Below are positions 43,510 through 54,628 of a stretch of DNA of 64,000 bases, in pieces. Made by a program: the position numbers and the translations under genes. Position 1 is the stretch's first letter, and each line of letters opens with the position of its first letter. Below the pieces are notes generated by a model. That model saw nothing but the letters and a program-made list of their open reading frames with translations. It was not told the DNA's origin and searched no databases. Source of the DNA: Pelagomonas calceolata. Lineage: Eukaryota. The stretch spans positions 3,472,001 to 3,536,000 of the forward strand of contig CAKKNE010000005.1 in the NCBI GenBank assembly GCA_918797485.1, written 5' to 3'.

Positions 43510-44532
43510 TTATTGTGGATATATCCTCCTGTCGCCCCACTCCTCGCCGAAGCCCGGGCCGAAGGCGTGGCGGAGGTTCTCGAGGACGATGCCGCCGACG
43601 TGCGGCGACAACGGTTCGCCTTTTGATTCGCTCTCGAGGCACCGCGCGAGCGGCGCGTAGACGAGGCGCGCCGTCGGGTCGCTGGACGCCTCGAGCGCCG
43701 TCGCCTTCGCCGCGGCGTCGCCCTCAATCACAAAAGACGGCGTCGGCGTCGTCTCCTCCCGCGTACACCGGTCGCACGCGCAGTCGAAGAAGAACGAGTC
43801 GCGCAGCACCTTCCGCCGCGCCGTCACGTCGCCGACGCTATCGGCGTAGGAGATGCAGATCTCCTCATCTACAGCGATGGGCGCGATCGCGCGGACCTCG
43901 ACGCTCGGTGATTGGCCCGGCCGCAGGCGCACCCGCGCGAAGGCGTTCGCGGCGCAGGAGTGATTGAAGACCGCCGCTTTCGGACAGATCGCGAGGCCGA
44001 TCTCCTTCGCGAGGCCGTGCCGCGTGCCCAGCCCCGCCATGGCCGGGCGCTTGTGGTGCGCGAGGGCCGGCGTCGGCAGCAGCACGGCGAAGGCGTTGCA
44101 GTGGCACCGTAGGACGTCCTCCAAGGCTCTCTCTGTGGAGCATTTGGCGGAGAGGGGCCACCACTGCCGGGCCAGCGCCGCGGCGTAGGTCGCAAATTCC
44201 AACGTCTCGTCGTCGACGTCGTCGATGTGCGAGACGAGTCCCGCGAGCCCCTCGCGGTCCCTGGCCCGCGCGGCCGCGACGAGTCGCGCGAGCCGCGTCT
44301 CGCCGCCTTCTGCGACGCCGTCGCAGTAGTGCTCGACATTCGCGCATTCCGCGCACGTTATATCATTCGTGTCGCAGCCCGTCACGGCGCAGCGCTTGCG
44401 GACCAAGGCGTCGTTGATGGCGAACGCTAGAGTGGGTTCGGAGATGATGAGGTCGCCGGGGCGCAGCGCTTTGGTTGCGATGGCGCAGCGGCCGCGCTCA
44501 GGATGGGATGTTACTCTGAATGTGTCGGTCAT
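43510..44532 (-). CDS. SMYD-like SET-domain methyltransferase
   Basis: RGRCAIAT, CNAF, AVFNHSC..N, EEICISY, FFDCACDRC. Confidence 0.88.
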   Translation of the reverse strand: MTDTFRVTSHPERGRCAIATKALRPGDLIISEPTLAFAINDALVRKRCAVTGCDTNDITCAECANVEHYCDGVAEGGETRLARLVAAARARDREGLAGLVSHIDDVDDETLEFATYAAALARQWWPLSAKCSTERALEDVLRCHCNAFAVLLPTPALAHHKRPAMAGLGTRHGLAKEIGLAICPKAAVFNHSCAANAFARVRLRPGQSPSVEVRAIAPIAVDEEICISYADSVGDVTARRKVLRDSFFFDCACDRCTREETTPTPSFVIEGDAAAKATALEASSDPTARLVYAPLARCLESESKGEPLSPHVGGIVLENLRHAFGPGFGEEWGDRRIYPQ

Positions 44533-44716
44533 CGCGCGCGCGCAAATCACAGTCGCCCGCCGACGATTTGGCAACCCTCGGGGGACTGAAGACGTGTGCC
44601 GAGCCGTTCGCTTGGTAGCTATACGGACGCGGCGGGTCAGCCTGGAGGAGCCCTGCAGGCTGCACAGCTTGGCGCAGGTGAAGCCAGTGCTCAGCGCTTG
44701 GCGTCGCACGAATCAA

Positions 44717-45427
44717 ATGGCGGCGCTCGCGCAATCAGACGACGCCGCGCTGCTGGCGTGGGCCACCGAAGCGCTGGCCAAGGCGACGGGCGTGCGAGGA
44801 GAGGCAGACATTGCACGCCACCTGCTGGCCCAGACGACCATGGAGGCCGTGGACGAGGCGGCGCATGGTTTGCTGGGCGCGACGCCAGCGGTGGCAGCGT
44901 TTGCGCGCGAGCTGTCAAAGAAGAAGGGCCTCGTGGCGGCCTCGCAGCGCGAGCGGCGGCGGCGGCGCGAGGCCAAAGGCAGTTTGAAGGTCGAGCGTGC
45001 GCCGCTCAATTGCCTCCGCTGCGGTTTTGTGAACGCCGTCACGGTCGAAGCCCGCGAAACGCCTGTGGCGCCCGACGCGGCGTACGACGACATCTGGGCG
45101 CGCCTGAACGCGCGCCGCGACGAGTGGCCGGCGTGCGGATTCTGCGGCGCCGCGCTCTCGGAACAATCCGACCCGTCGCCGTCGCCGGACGCCGTGGCCC
45201 TGGCTAAGCGCCTCGCGAAGTATGATCGAGAGTCAGCGCGCCGGACCTCGGTGGTTGACGACCAGCAGGACTGGTACGAGGTCGCCGCGTCGCCGTTCTC
45301 CACGAGCGAAGAGGCGGCGGAAGCGTGGCGCAAGGAGGAGGAGCGGCGCGAGGCCGCAGCGAAGCGAGAGTTCCGCATCGACATCGACGTCGCCGCGGGC
45401 GAGGTGAAGGTGGAAGAAGCGGCTTGA
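44717..45427 (+). CDS. TRIP4: activating signal cointegrator 1 / Rqt4-like zinc-finger protein
   Basis: NCLRCG..C.FCG..L; RL..YDRESARRTSVVDDQQDWY. Confidence 0.75.
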   Translation: MAALAQSDDAALLAWATEALAKATGVRGEADIARHLLAQTTMEAVDEAAHGLLGATPAVAAFARELSKKKGLVAASQRERRRRREAKGSLKVERAPLNCLRCGFVNAVTVEARETPVAPDAAYDDIWARLNARRDEWPACGFCGAALSEQSDPSPSPDAVALAKRLAKYDRESARRTSVVDDQQDWYEVAASPFSTSEEAAEAWRKEEERREAAAKREFRIDIDVAAGEVKVEEAA

Positions 45428-45683
45428 GAGCCACGTATTGTAGTAAATGTGTCTTGTTTGCACCTATAGACCAGCCTGCGAAGTGTGCGGGTCGTGCGAA
45501 ACAAATCGGGTTTTGCTGCCTCGCGTGCGGGTTGCGTAAGCGCGCTAGTGCTAGTGCCTGTTTGCTGGGGCCGTCGGGCTGCGCAGAGGCAATTCGTTAC
45601 AAGTGCGCCACAGCAGCAGATTCCTATTGAGGCTGGTGCAAAGCGCTGAAGAGATTGCGACGCGTGGTGACCCAGGCAGAGCA

Positions 45684-47195
45684 ATGGCCTCATGGGCCAA
45701 AGTGGCTGCCACACCTCCAATAGCCGACGATGCATCATCGACTGACGACGACAGCTTGGACGCTGCCACGCCGACGACGCCGACGCAAGCTTCTGATTCG
45801 TCGACGGACGACGATCTCCCCGAGATGAGAGAAGTGCCGACGCCGCAACACATCAAGCAGGCGCTCACGAAACCAAGGGTCGTGGACGTCGTCGTCATCG
45901 GCGCTGGCGTGAGCGGCCTGCGGGCGGCGCGGGACCTCGTCGAACGGGGCCGGTCCGTGCTGGTCGTCGAGGCGCGCGACCGGTGCGGCGGCCGCGTCCA
46001 CACGGTGCGCGGGCGGGACCGCGGCGCCGCGTGGGTGCACGGTGTGGACGGCAGCCCGCTCGCCGCTTTAGCGAAGGAGGCGTCCGTCGAACTGGAGCCG
46101 GTCTCGGCGCGAGGCAACCCCTGGACGTCGCCACCTCTACTGAGCGGCGTGGCGGCGGTCTGGCGCGACGGCGCGCGCGTCTCGGACGCGCACCTGCTCA
46201 CCCGCCAGCACATGTACGGCGCCGCGCTGCGGACCTGTACAAGAGATGTGAATGAAGGCGACGCCTGGAAGGCGCTCGGCCCCGCGCTGCGCAAGCAATC
46301 GCCCATGGCCGACCCCCTGGTGCGCATGCACTGTTCGCTGGCGGGCCTCTGGATGGGCGCGCACGCGGACGAGCTGCAGCTGCGGGAGTTCGCGGGCGCG
46401 ACCGGTTTAGTGGATGAGAGGTGGGGCGACCACGCCGGCGCCCACTCTCATATTGTTGGTGGCATGGCCTCTATCTTAGATCCGCTGCTCGACGGCGTCG
46501 ACGTCGAACTCGGCTTCGAGGTTTCATCGATAGACATCGTCGAAGACGGCGTCGAGGTGTGCTCGGGGACGGCGCGCTGCGTGCGAGGAACGGTGTGTAT
46601 CTGCACCTTACCCTTAGGCGTGCTGCAATCATCTCAAATATCTTTCTCGCCATCTCTCACGGACGACCGCGTCGCGTGCCTCAATCGATTGGGAGTGGCG
46701 CGCTACACCAAGGTCTGGCTTACGTGGGAGGAGCCCTGGTGGCGCTCGGACCCGGGCCGGCCCTTCATTATTTGTGTGGATGAGGGGGACACGCACATGA
46801 GTTCAATCATGTGCGAGGACGTGTCCTCGCCTTCAGAGTTCGTCCTCGAGGCGTGCTTGGCCGGTAGTGACGCGGACGCTTTTGATACTGATCCCCAACG
46901 AGGCTTAGCGGCCGTCCTCACGCGCCTCGGCGTGGCCTTCGGCGCCGCATACCCGGGGCCTCCTCACAAAACGGACGCGACGGCCTGGCAGGGCGACCGC
47001 TTTTCCCGAGGCGCCTACTCCTTCTGGAAGGTGGGGGCGCGGGCCACGGACGTGGCCGAGGTCGGTGAATCGCATTGTGAAAGGGTGCTCTTCGCGGGCG
47101 AGCACACGTCCGTCGAGTACCAGGGGAGCGTGTGCGGGGCCCTCGAATCTGGAAGTCGCGCGGCCCGCGAGGCCGAGGCGCTTCTCGCGGCGTAG
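45684..47195 (+). CDS. flavin-containing amine oxidase (polyamine oxidase/LSD1 family)
   Basis: VIGAGVSGL.AA, EARDRCGGR, GAAWVHG, TLPLGVL, GAYS, FAGEHT..GALESG. Confidence 0.9.
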   Translation: MASWAKVAATPPIADDASSTDDDSLDAATPTTPTQASDSSTDDDLPEMREVPTPQHIKQALTKPRVVDVVVIGAGVSGLRAARDLVERGRSVLVVEARDRCGGRVHTVRGRDRGAAWVHGVDGSPLAALAKEASVELEPVSARGNPWTSPPLLSGVAAVWRDGARVSDAHLLTRQHMYGAALRTCTRDVNEGDAWKALGPALRKQSPMADPLVRMHCSLAGLWMGAHADELQLREFAGATGLVDERWGDHAGAHSHIVGGMASILDPLLDGVDVELGFEVSSIDIVEDGVEVCSGTARCVRGTVCICTLPLGVLQSSQISFSPSLTDDRVACLNRLGVARYTKVWLTWEEPWWRSDPGRPFIICVDEGDTHMSSIMCEDVSSPSEFVLEACLAGSDADAFDTDPQRGLAAVLTRLGVAFGAAYPGPPHKTDATAWQGDRFSRGAYSFWKVGARATDVAEVGESHCERVLFAGEHTSVEYQGSVCGALESGSRAAREAEALLAA

Positions 47196-47545
47196 TTTTA
47201 ATTTTGTTGTGGAGTTTCCTAAACTCTTCGACACGACGGCGTGGGGCTTGACCGTGGCCCGCATTCCGCGGGTGACGCTCCCGGGCCAAGTGTCTCGAGG
47301 CGCGACTCACTTCTCCGCAGAACTATCCGAGGGTCTCTAAGTGGGCCGTCTCATGACGCGCGGCGCGCCGGTCTCTAGTGTGTCTATCGAGATGTCCGCT
47401 GCCGCAGCGCGAGCTCTCTGGGTCGAGCTCTCTGGGTCCTGGACGCCCAGCGGTTATCGTTCGACGGATTCAAGCGTTGCGTCACCTCGACACGCCAGCC
47501 GAGCGGCCGCGGGCAGCCGACGAGACACGGGCAGCCTCCGAGACG

Positions 47546-48448
47546 ATGCGCCGCAGGCTCTGTGCCGCCGCGGCGCTCCCAGCCATCACGGCCTACCCCT
47601 TCCCCATCCCCGGCGGCGAGCCCGGCGTCTGGGGCGTCCACGACGGCGACGAGTGGTTCACGCGGCATTGTCGGAAGCGCGAACTCGAGAAATGCAAAGA
47701 GACGTATGAACGGTGTGCCAGAGACGCCCCAGCGGGCGAGGGCTACGCGGCGCACATGTGTACTTGTGCGGACGAGTACTACGGGGTCTGTGCGCGGAAG
47801 TCGGGGTGTTCCTCAATACTGATGAAGCAGTGCGTCGACGAGATGGACAAGTGGGGCGGTTGTGATAGCTCAGTATGTGGGTCGAACTGCGTGAATCGGG
47901 GCGAGGGGGCGATTCCACCTGACGCGCATGTGCTACCCGTGAACAATTTTGGCGCGAATGCTTTGAGATTTTCTGTGTGTTTCCGACGACTGAATGAGCG
48001 CTCCTTGAACAGGTTCGGCATGGTCGTGTCGGAACGATGTGCCGAAAACGATTTCCATTTGTGTCCCTACTGGATCCCGCCCGAGACCTTTACCGCAATA
48101 GCGATCGCACATAACGCGTCGTACCTGAAAATGGAGTTCTGTGTGGTGGACGATTCGGGAGCGTACGGCGACGAGGCCTACTACAACTGCCTGACGGACC
48201 CGGCGCCGCGCGAGTACTACGGGACCGAGACGCACTGGCCCACGACGGTCGACGTTGAATTTACGAGGGCGCCGTATTGCGGTTCGGATTTGGACTGCCC
48301 CGGCTCGAGCTGTGATACCAGTCAGAGACCCCCAATCTGCGCGCCGCACGTCTCGGGCAACCTGCCGCCGGGCTTCGGGAGGATGGCTAGGCGGGAAGGG
48401 GACGAGAGTGTGGATTTGACGCCGGGGAATAGGTTTGATCCTTCTTGA
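47546..48448 (+). CDS. secreted cysteine-rich protein
   Basis: signal-like N-terminus and about 24 Cys. Confidence 0.65.
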   Translation: MRRRLCAAAALPAITAYPFPIPGGEPGVWGVHDGDEWFTRHCRKRELEKCKETYERCARDAPAGEGYAAHMCTCADEYYGVCARKSGCSSILMKQCVDEMDKWGGCDSSVCGSNCVNRGEGAIPPDAHVLPVNNFGANALRFSVCFRRLNERSLNRFGMVVSERCAENDFHLCPYWIPPETFTAIAIAHNASYLKMEFCVVDDSGAYGDEAYYNCLTDPAPREYYGTETHWPTTVDVEFTRAPYCGSDLDCPGSSCDTSQRPPICAPHVSGNLPPGFGRMARREGDESVDLTPGNRFDPS

Positions 48449-48496
48449 CTCGGATTGTTTTTTATACAAGGGGGGGAAGAGCGCCGGGCGCGCCGC

Positions 48497-48613
48497 GCGC
48501 CCCGGTCGACCTCTTCTACAAAACCCGGCGCGGAGGTCGGCGGCCAGACTTTCCGTGAGTCTGGCCGCGTCATCAAGTCCGCGCGGGGTGTTGTAGAAGG
48601 GCCGCCGGGGCGC
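48497..48613 (-). promoter_or_regulatory. SECIS element in the SelT 3' UTR
   Basis: AUGA core (48573-48570), 11-bp upper stem GCGGCCAGACU/AGUCUGGCCGC, GA partner, long lower stem. Confidence 0.85.
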
Positions 48614-48623
48614 ACGACGACGC

Positions 48624-49484
48624 CTAGAGCTCACTGCGCGGCGCCGTGCCGAGGTACTTGGCCTCGAGCGGCGTCGTCAGGCCGACGCGCCGCAGGCCGT
48701 CGATGACGTCCTTGGCGTTCGGCAGGCGGCCGGTCTCGAGCTTCGAGTAGATCGTGCGGTCGCCCACGACGATCTCGAAGGCGCCCGTGGCGACCATGCC
48801 GGCCGCGACGTTGTTGGCCATCCAAACGCAGCCGAAGGCGAACATCTTGTTCTCCTTGAAGCCGCCGTACCAATTTGGTGTGGGCGCGCCGAAGAGGCGG
48901 AAGACGCCTTCGCCGCCGATCATCAGCGCTAACGTGGCGATTTGGGCCATGCCCGCGATCTGCTGGGCGAAGAGGCCGACGGGGGGCGGGGGGTACTGCT
49001 CCGCGTCGATGGTGGTTATCTGCGGGTACGCGTCTTCGAGGAACTGCCTGAGTTGCAGGTAGTTCCTCTGCGTGCCTCAGCTCGTGCAGAGCCGCACCAG
49101 GACGTTTGTGGCGGCCGAGCGCGGCACGGCGGGCACCGCCTCGACGGGCTTCGCGGTCTCGACGGGCTTGGCTTCCGCAGGCGCCGCTTCAGCGCTCGCG
49201 AACTCCGCAAACTCCTCGTCGGCGGCGTCGCGATGGTGGATCGGTGGCGCGCGCGCGGCGCTGGGAGCCTCCGGCGCCTTCTCGACCTGCTGCGGGCCCG
49301 CGAGCATGTCGCGGCCGTACGCGACGGCCAACCAGACCAGCACGTAGGGCAAAATGCGCCCACCAAAGCCAGCGGCCGCCGGGGCGGCCCTCTCGGGCTT
49401 GGCCGGCGCAGCGGTCTCTGCCGCGCCTTTAGCGGGCTCGGCCGCGCCTGTCGGCGGGGCCGGAGCCGCCTCGGGCTCCGCCAT
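48624..49484 (-). CDS. SELENOT: selenoprotein T (Rdx family), Sec UGA at 49079-49077
   Basis: VRLCTS-U-GTQRNY (CxxU); frame continues to YPPP, ENKM, TGAFEI, YSKLETGRLP; SECIS downstream. Confidence 0.92.
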
Positions 49485-49613
49485 CTCGGCTGCGCAGGCG
49501 AGGCACGCTGTGCTCACGGCCCACGGCTCGCTAGTGTCTTACATGCCGCTAGCACCAAAAAGTTGCGGGCAGCCCAGGGCTCACGAACTGGTAGTGAAGC
49601 GCTGCCCCCAACG

Positions 49614-51114
49614 ATGGCGCCGCGCCGCAGCGCAAAAGCGGCCAGGATTGGCAACCGGCGCCGAACGGCGGCGAAAAAAGCGGTTGGAAGAGGGTGCACT
49701 GAGGGACCTGCAATCCGCTTGCTATCTAGACGATCTAACAGTAGAAGGTAGCATTGAAAAATCTCTCGAGGGACACGTTATAAAAATCGATCTCGCGGAT
49801 TGCAACATCTGCGCGCTCCCGAATTCCATCGGCCAGCTCAAAGCGTTGACGAAGCTCGATTTGTTTCATTGTGAGAACATCACCAGACTGCCAGAGGGGA
49901 TCGGAGGGCTAACGGCATTGGAGACGTTCACCTTAGACCACTGCTTCTTTTTAGCCGCGCTGCCGGCCGCGATTGGCGAGCTCAAGTCTCTGACGGAGCT
50001 CAACTTAAACTTGTGCGAGAGCCTTGTCGCGTTGCCGGACTCCATCGGCGGGCTCGCCGCGCTGACGATACTCAACTTGGGCGGGTGCCATAAACTGGTC
50101 GCCTTGCCAAAAGCGGTCGGCGACCTCAAGGCACTAACTGTGTTGTGTTTGGACGAATGCTCGAGTCTTACACAGCTCCCAGACACGATCGGCGGGCTCA
50201 TCGCGCTGAAGGAGCTCGACTCGTGCAACTGCCCGATCGCCGCTCTGCCGGACGCGATCGGCAGGCTCGGCGCGCTGACGGAACTCAACTTGCGCCGGTG
50301 CCCGATCACCGCTCTGCCGGACACGATCGGCGAGCTCGGTGCGCTGACGAAGCTCAACTTGGCAGGGTGCTCGAGTCTTGCTACGCTGCCGGCCGCGATC
50401 GGCGAGCTCGGCGCGTTGACGGCGCTCTACTTGGGCGGATGCTCGAGCCTCGCCGCGCTACCAAACGCAATCGGCGAGCTCAAAGCGCTGACGACCCTCG
50501 AGTTGCGAGAGTGCTCAAGTCTTGCTGCGCTCCCGCCCACGATCAAGGCGATAGCTAAATTGGAGGTCCAAGGCTGGGAACAGCCGCTCTCAGGCTACGC
50601 GCGCTTCTTGCAATTGGCGCGACCCAGGATCGAGGCCATGTTTCACGACCTGCTTATAACTAAAATCATCAAAGGAAGCGTCAGCGAGTTCTGGGATGAC
50701 CTCTCCGAGTCAAAGCGGGCCAAGCTCGACGATCCCCACGATGGGGATGCTCATGGAGAAATTCTCGTCAGAAATTTAATGAAGGTGTTGAGGAGGCAGA
50801 AGCGGAGAATATGTGACATCTGTTCTCGAGTCCGTCCGCTCGAGGAGGACCGCTTCCTCGTCTGCTGGTGCGGCTCGCGGCGGTATTGCGGAGAAAAGTG
50901 CCAGAAGTTGGACTGGGACGTGAGCCACTCGCGGACGTGCGCCTCAGGCCATACCTGGTCGGCCACGGATCTGGAATTTTTTCGGAGGCTCGAGCAACAG
51001 CGGATCCAGGTGGAGAGGAATCTTGAGTATCCCCGGAGTGATTTGGCGGCCCTTGAGAAGGGGAAGCAGAGACTCATCGCGAAGAACCCCCCGCCCGCCG
51101 ACCGCGAGCGATAG
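49614..51114 (+). CDS. LRR plus HMG-box-like plus MYND zinc-finger protein; apparent +1 frameshift at the A6 run 49674-49679
   Basis: about 11 LxxLxLxxCxxLxxLPxxIGxL repeats; PLSGYARF..R..W..LS; CDIC..CWC..YCGEKCQKLDW..H...C. Confidence 0.75.
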
Positions 51115-51142
51115 CAATTGTGTAATGTACAACAGATAGTTA

Positions 51143-52096
51143 CTACAAAACTCGCGTCACAGGGATCCCGAGCGACCTCCGGGCCGGCGCCGGGGCGGGC
51201 GCGACGACCTCCTCGTCCGACGCCGAGGACGCCTCGTCGGCGAAGTCGCCCTGCGAGTCCGTCGCGACGAGGCGCGCCGTCCGCGCGGGCCCGTCGGCGG
51301 CGCCGAGCGCGTACAGGACGTCGCCGCGAACGGCCTCGACGCCGCCGGCGCGCCATCGGTCCTTGAGCCGCGCCGCGCCGCCTCTTGCCCGGTCCAGCGC
51401 CGCCCCGGGCCGCTCGATGGAATCTTCGAGCGCGCGCCGCAGCGGCGACGCCGCGAGCGCCGCGATCGTCGACGCCGCGGCGCGCTCGCCGGTCCGCCGG
51501 AGCCAGCTGCGCCGCAGCGCGACGCGCGCGTCGCCGGCGGCGACGAGCGCGCGGTCGCCCGCGACCGCGACGACGACGAGGCGCTCGTCGGGCGCCAGCG
51601 GGTAGATGCGCTCGGGCCGCAGCAGACCGGACCACGCGACCACGTCGCGCGGCCGCAGCGGCGCCTCGAGGACGTCGAACGCGCACGCGACGCGCACCGT
51701 TGCGCCTCGGGGCTCCAGGAGGATGTGTTCGTCCAGAAAGTGGCTCTCACTCTCGAGGAGCCGCGTCACGTCCAAGGTCCCGACGGCCTCGGGATGGCCC
51801 TCGTCGCCCGCGACGGCGATCGTTATTTGGCGCGGGGCGTGCCTCGACGCCTTGACCTCGAAGGCCGCGGCCTGGCGACGCAGGTAGGCTCGCCCCGAAC
51901 CGTCGTCGTCGCGCTCGACGGCGCCGGAGCAAGTCTGCCGCTGCGCGCCGCAGCCGAGCTGCAGCCGCACGGCCGCGGCCGTCCGCAGGCAGCCGCGGTC
52001 CAGCACAACATCGACGCAGTGCACGTGGAGGAGGCCGTAGGGCTTGCGGCGCCTCGTCGTCGGCGTCGAGGGTTCGCTCTCCTCCGTCTCTGCCAT
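51143..52096 (-). CDS. C2-like domain protein
   Basis: GLLHVHCV..VRLQLG..F.V..I.V..VGTLDVTRL beta-sandwich pattern. Confidence 0.5.
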   Translation of the reverse strand: MAETEESEPSTPTTRRRKPYGLLHVHCVDVVLDRGCLRTAAAVRLQLGCGAQRQTCSGAVERDDDGSGRAYLRRQAAAFEVKASRHAPRQITIAVAGDEGHPEAVGTLDVTRLLESESHFLDEHILLEPRGATVRVACAFDVLEAPLRPRDVVAWSGLLRPERIYPLAPDERLVVVAVAGDRALVAAGDARVALRRSWLRRTGERAAASTIAALAASPLRRALEDSIERPGAALDRARGGAARLKDRWRAGGVEAVRGDVLYALGAADGPARTARLVATDSQGDFADEASSASDEEVVAPAPAPARRSLGIPVTRVL

Positions 52097-52413
52097 CTTT
52101 GCTGCACAGCTGCACGCGGCGACTGTGCGCGTTCTTTCAGAGCTGCAGCAAAACGAGTGACGTCGGCACTCGACAACCAACTCCTTGCTCGCACCCGTGC
52201 GCTAGGTGTGCGTTTTGCTGTGGCCCCAGAGCTGCAGCAGCCTTTGCAGCCCTCGGCGCTGGCGACACGATTAGGCGGCCGCTAAGGCGGCCGGCGGGCC
52301 AGACGCACCGCTGCGGCTGGCGCGGTGCCGGAATCGATCGAATACTGACCGCGCGCTGGCTGGCGCGCCGCTGGCTGGCCGCTCTCAGCTTGCAGCACTC
52401 CCGCATCGCGCAA

Positions 52414-53267
52414 ATGCTGCTCCTCCGAACGGCGCGACGCGCAAGCATGCAAAGGCGCGCCCGCGGCGTCCGCACTTGAAATCACGAAGGCACGCGTTGC
52501 GACTATCTCCCGGCCGGCGACACTGACAAGGCTGTCTGGGTTATTCCGCTCCGCAAGAGCACCTCGGGAATCCAATCGCTCGCGTCCCTCCGTGGCGTGC
52601 GCGGATTTCACACCCGATACATCTACGCAGGCCGCTGTCGTCGCTGACGAAGGCCATGATGGGCCGCGCGCCCGCGAAGCCGACGCCCTGGCGCGCGCTC
52701 GCCGAGCAGCTCGTGGACGAGGGCTGCGAGTCCATCTACTTGACGCGTTTACGGGCGCAGCACGACGTGCGGGCGCACGTCGACACCTTGGCGGAGGAGG
52801 TGGCCGAGGAGATGGCCCGAGCCCTCGGGAGGACGACGAGTCGCGTCGACTACGCGTTCGCGTGCCTCGAGCGCGACCGGCAGCGGGCCCACGACGCCGC
52901 GGCGGCCGTGCTCAAACTACGGGTGCCCGAGCTCCGCGACGAACTGAGGAGCCACGGCCTGCCTGTCGGGGGCAACAAGCCAGAGCTGCGCGCGAGGTTG
53001 ATGCCCGTCGCGACGGCGGACGCCGTCGAGGCCTTCGACGCGCAGCGCCAGGTGTGTCGGAAGGAGCGGCAGAACCTGCTCATCCACCGCCAGGCCCTCG
53101 GCTTCAAGACGGGCAACCACGGTGCGGTGGAGAAGTACTATCCCTCCTCCGTGCTCAAGCCCCTCGGCGACTTCCTCGAAGATGCCCCGGAGGACGACGA
53201 CGAGGCGCCGGTGACGACCGAGCAGTCGTACAAGGGGAAGAACTGGGGCGGGTTTCGATTTTACTAA
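52414..53267 (+). CDS. SAP-domain protein with mitochondrial-type leader; intron 52455-52630 (GC-AG)
   Basis: MLLLRTARRASMQR|PLSSL; LKLRVPELRDELRSHGLPVGGNKPELRARL. Confidence 0.7.
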
Positions 53268-53339
53268 GTGATTGTTATGTACAACTTTCCAAATGAGGAT
53301 CTTGCGAATTTGACGATGGCGTAGCTGCGACGCCATCGA

Positions 53340-53936
53340 CTACTCCGCCGCCTTCGGCCGCAGCAGCAGCGCGCCGGCGCCCACCGCGACGCCCAAGACG
53401 GCTCGCCTTAACAACCTGAACCGGGTTCGAGAGACCGGCGCGCCGCCGGTCTCGAGCCACTTGGCCAGCGCGCCGTAGGCGTTCACGGACCCCTTCTCGG
53501 CGGCGCTCCTGATCTGCCTCTCAAGAATCCGCGGCGGCCGCTTGGCCGAGTTCCATTGTACCGAGGACGTCGCGCCCATCACCACACAATTGTTCGCGTC
53601 GCGGCGCAGCGTGACGACGACGCGCGTCGTGAACGTCTCGCCGAAGGGCGCCTCGCGCGAGGCCGCGGTGACAACCATCTGGAACTGGTTCGGCCCGCTC
53701 CTCAGGACCTCGCAGCGCTCGACCGTCGCGCCGCCGATGGGGTGCCGGAATTCGTTGACGTGCACGCGGCCCGATTCTCGACTCGTCTTGATCGACTTGT
53801 AGGAGAGCAGGCGGTGCATGTCGCCCTTGACGAGGGCGTTTTTTGCAGTGCTAAGGTCGACCGCCTTCGGGAGCGTGAACTCGCGCGAGAGTTCGGCGGC
53901 CGCGACGGCGAGGAGCGTTGCGAGGCGGCGCAGCAT
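53340..53936 (-). CDS. VASt/StART-like lipid-binding domain protein with C-terminal TM
   Basis: PIG..T, APFGETF, VQW, IRS. Confidence 0.6.
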   Translation of the reverse strand: MLRRLATLLAVAAAELSREFTLPKAVDLSTAKNALVKGDMHRLLSYKSIKTSRESGRVHVNEFRHPIGGATVERCEVLRSGPNQFQMVVTAASREAPFGETFTTRVVVTLRRDANNCVVMGATSSVQWNSAKRPPRILERQIRSAAEKGSVNAYGALAKWLETGGAPVSRTRFRLLRRAVLGVAVGAGALLLRPKAAE

Positions 53937-54229
53937 TGCTTATGACGAGCGCTTCGACGGCGTCCGCGCTGCCGACCGAGTCAAAAGTGTTCGCGACGCT
54001 TGTCCAGCCTCTGTTCGGCGTTGCAGCCGCAGCGCTGCCGTGGGAGGCTGCGCCGAGGCCGGCTGCACTCTTGCGACTGCCCCAGAGGGCGCTGATGGCG
54101 CCTCAGCGCGAGCCAAACTCGGACGCGCCAAAAAACTGCTTTGCATTTTCCTAGTGTCTTACATAACGCTAGCGCGCTCGATTCGAGTAAAAAAAACAGT
54201 GCCTTAAAGCGCCACGGTATGATGCTCGC

Positions 54230-54628
54230 ATGCTTGGCGCCTTCACGACGACGAGCCGGAGCGCGAAACTGGCGGCGCGGGAATGCGACGCCTGGCAAGC
54301 GGTCGCGCGCCACCGGCACGAGCGACCGGCGTATTTCGGCGGCGAGCCCGGCTCGGCCGACCACATGCGGTCGCTTGAGAGGCTTTTCCACGCGCCTGAG
54401 TATTACGGGCAACCAGACGGGTCGATCGAGCACCTGCTTTTTATATCGCATTTCGTTATGCCGCACTCGAGGTTCATGTTCACGTTGGACGGCGACGAAT
54501 TTAATGGAGATCCTGAGATGGAAATTGACTATCGAGATTGCCGCCCGTTGCGCAACATGAAAATTTATCGTCTTCCCGATCGTCATCCCCACGTACTACT
54601 TATCGGTCGTGACAACCCGGTCGACTAA
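54230..54628 (+). CDS. hypothetical protein, lower GC
   Basis: 132-aa ATG ORF; no recognisable domain. Confidence 0.35.
   Translation: MLGAFTTTSRSAKLAARECDAWQAVARHRHERPAYFGGEPGSADHMRSLERLFHAPEYYGQPDGSIEHLLFISHFVMPHSRFMFTLDGDEFNGDPEMEIDYRDCRPLRNMKIYRLPDRHPHVLLIGRDNPVD

Noticed and set aside
392..47195. Apparent cluster of chromatin genes (SET, PHD-JmjC, Ash2, Tudor, SMYD, amine oxidase)
   Set aside because: They are scattered among unrelated genes and belong to large families; there is no evidence of co-regulation.
49354..49613. N-terminal extension of the LRR ORF from ATG 49354
   Set aside because: It overlaps SelT in antisense and crosses the shared divergent promoter gap.
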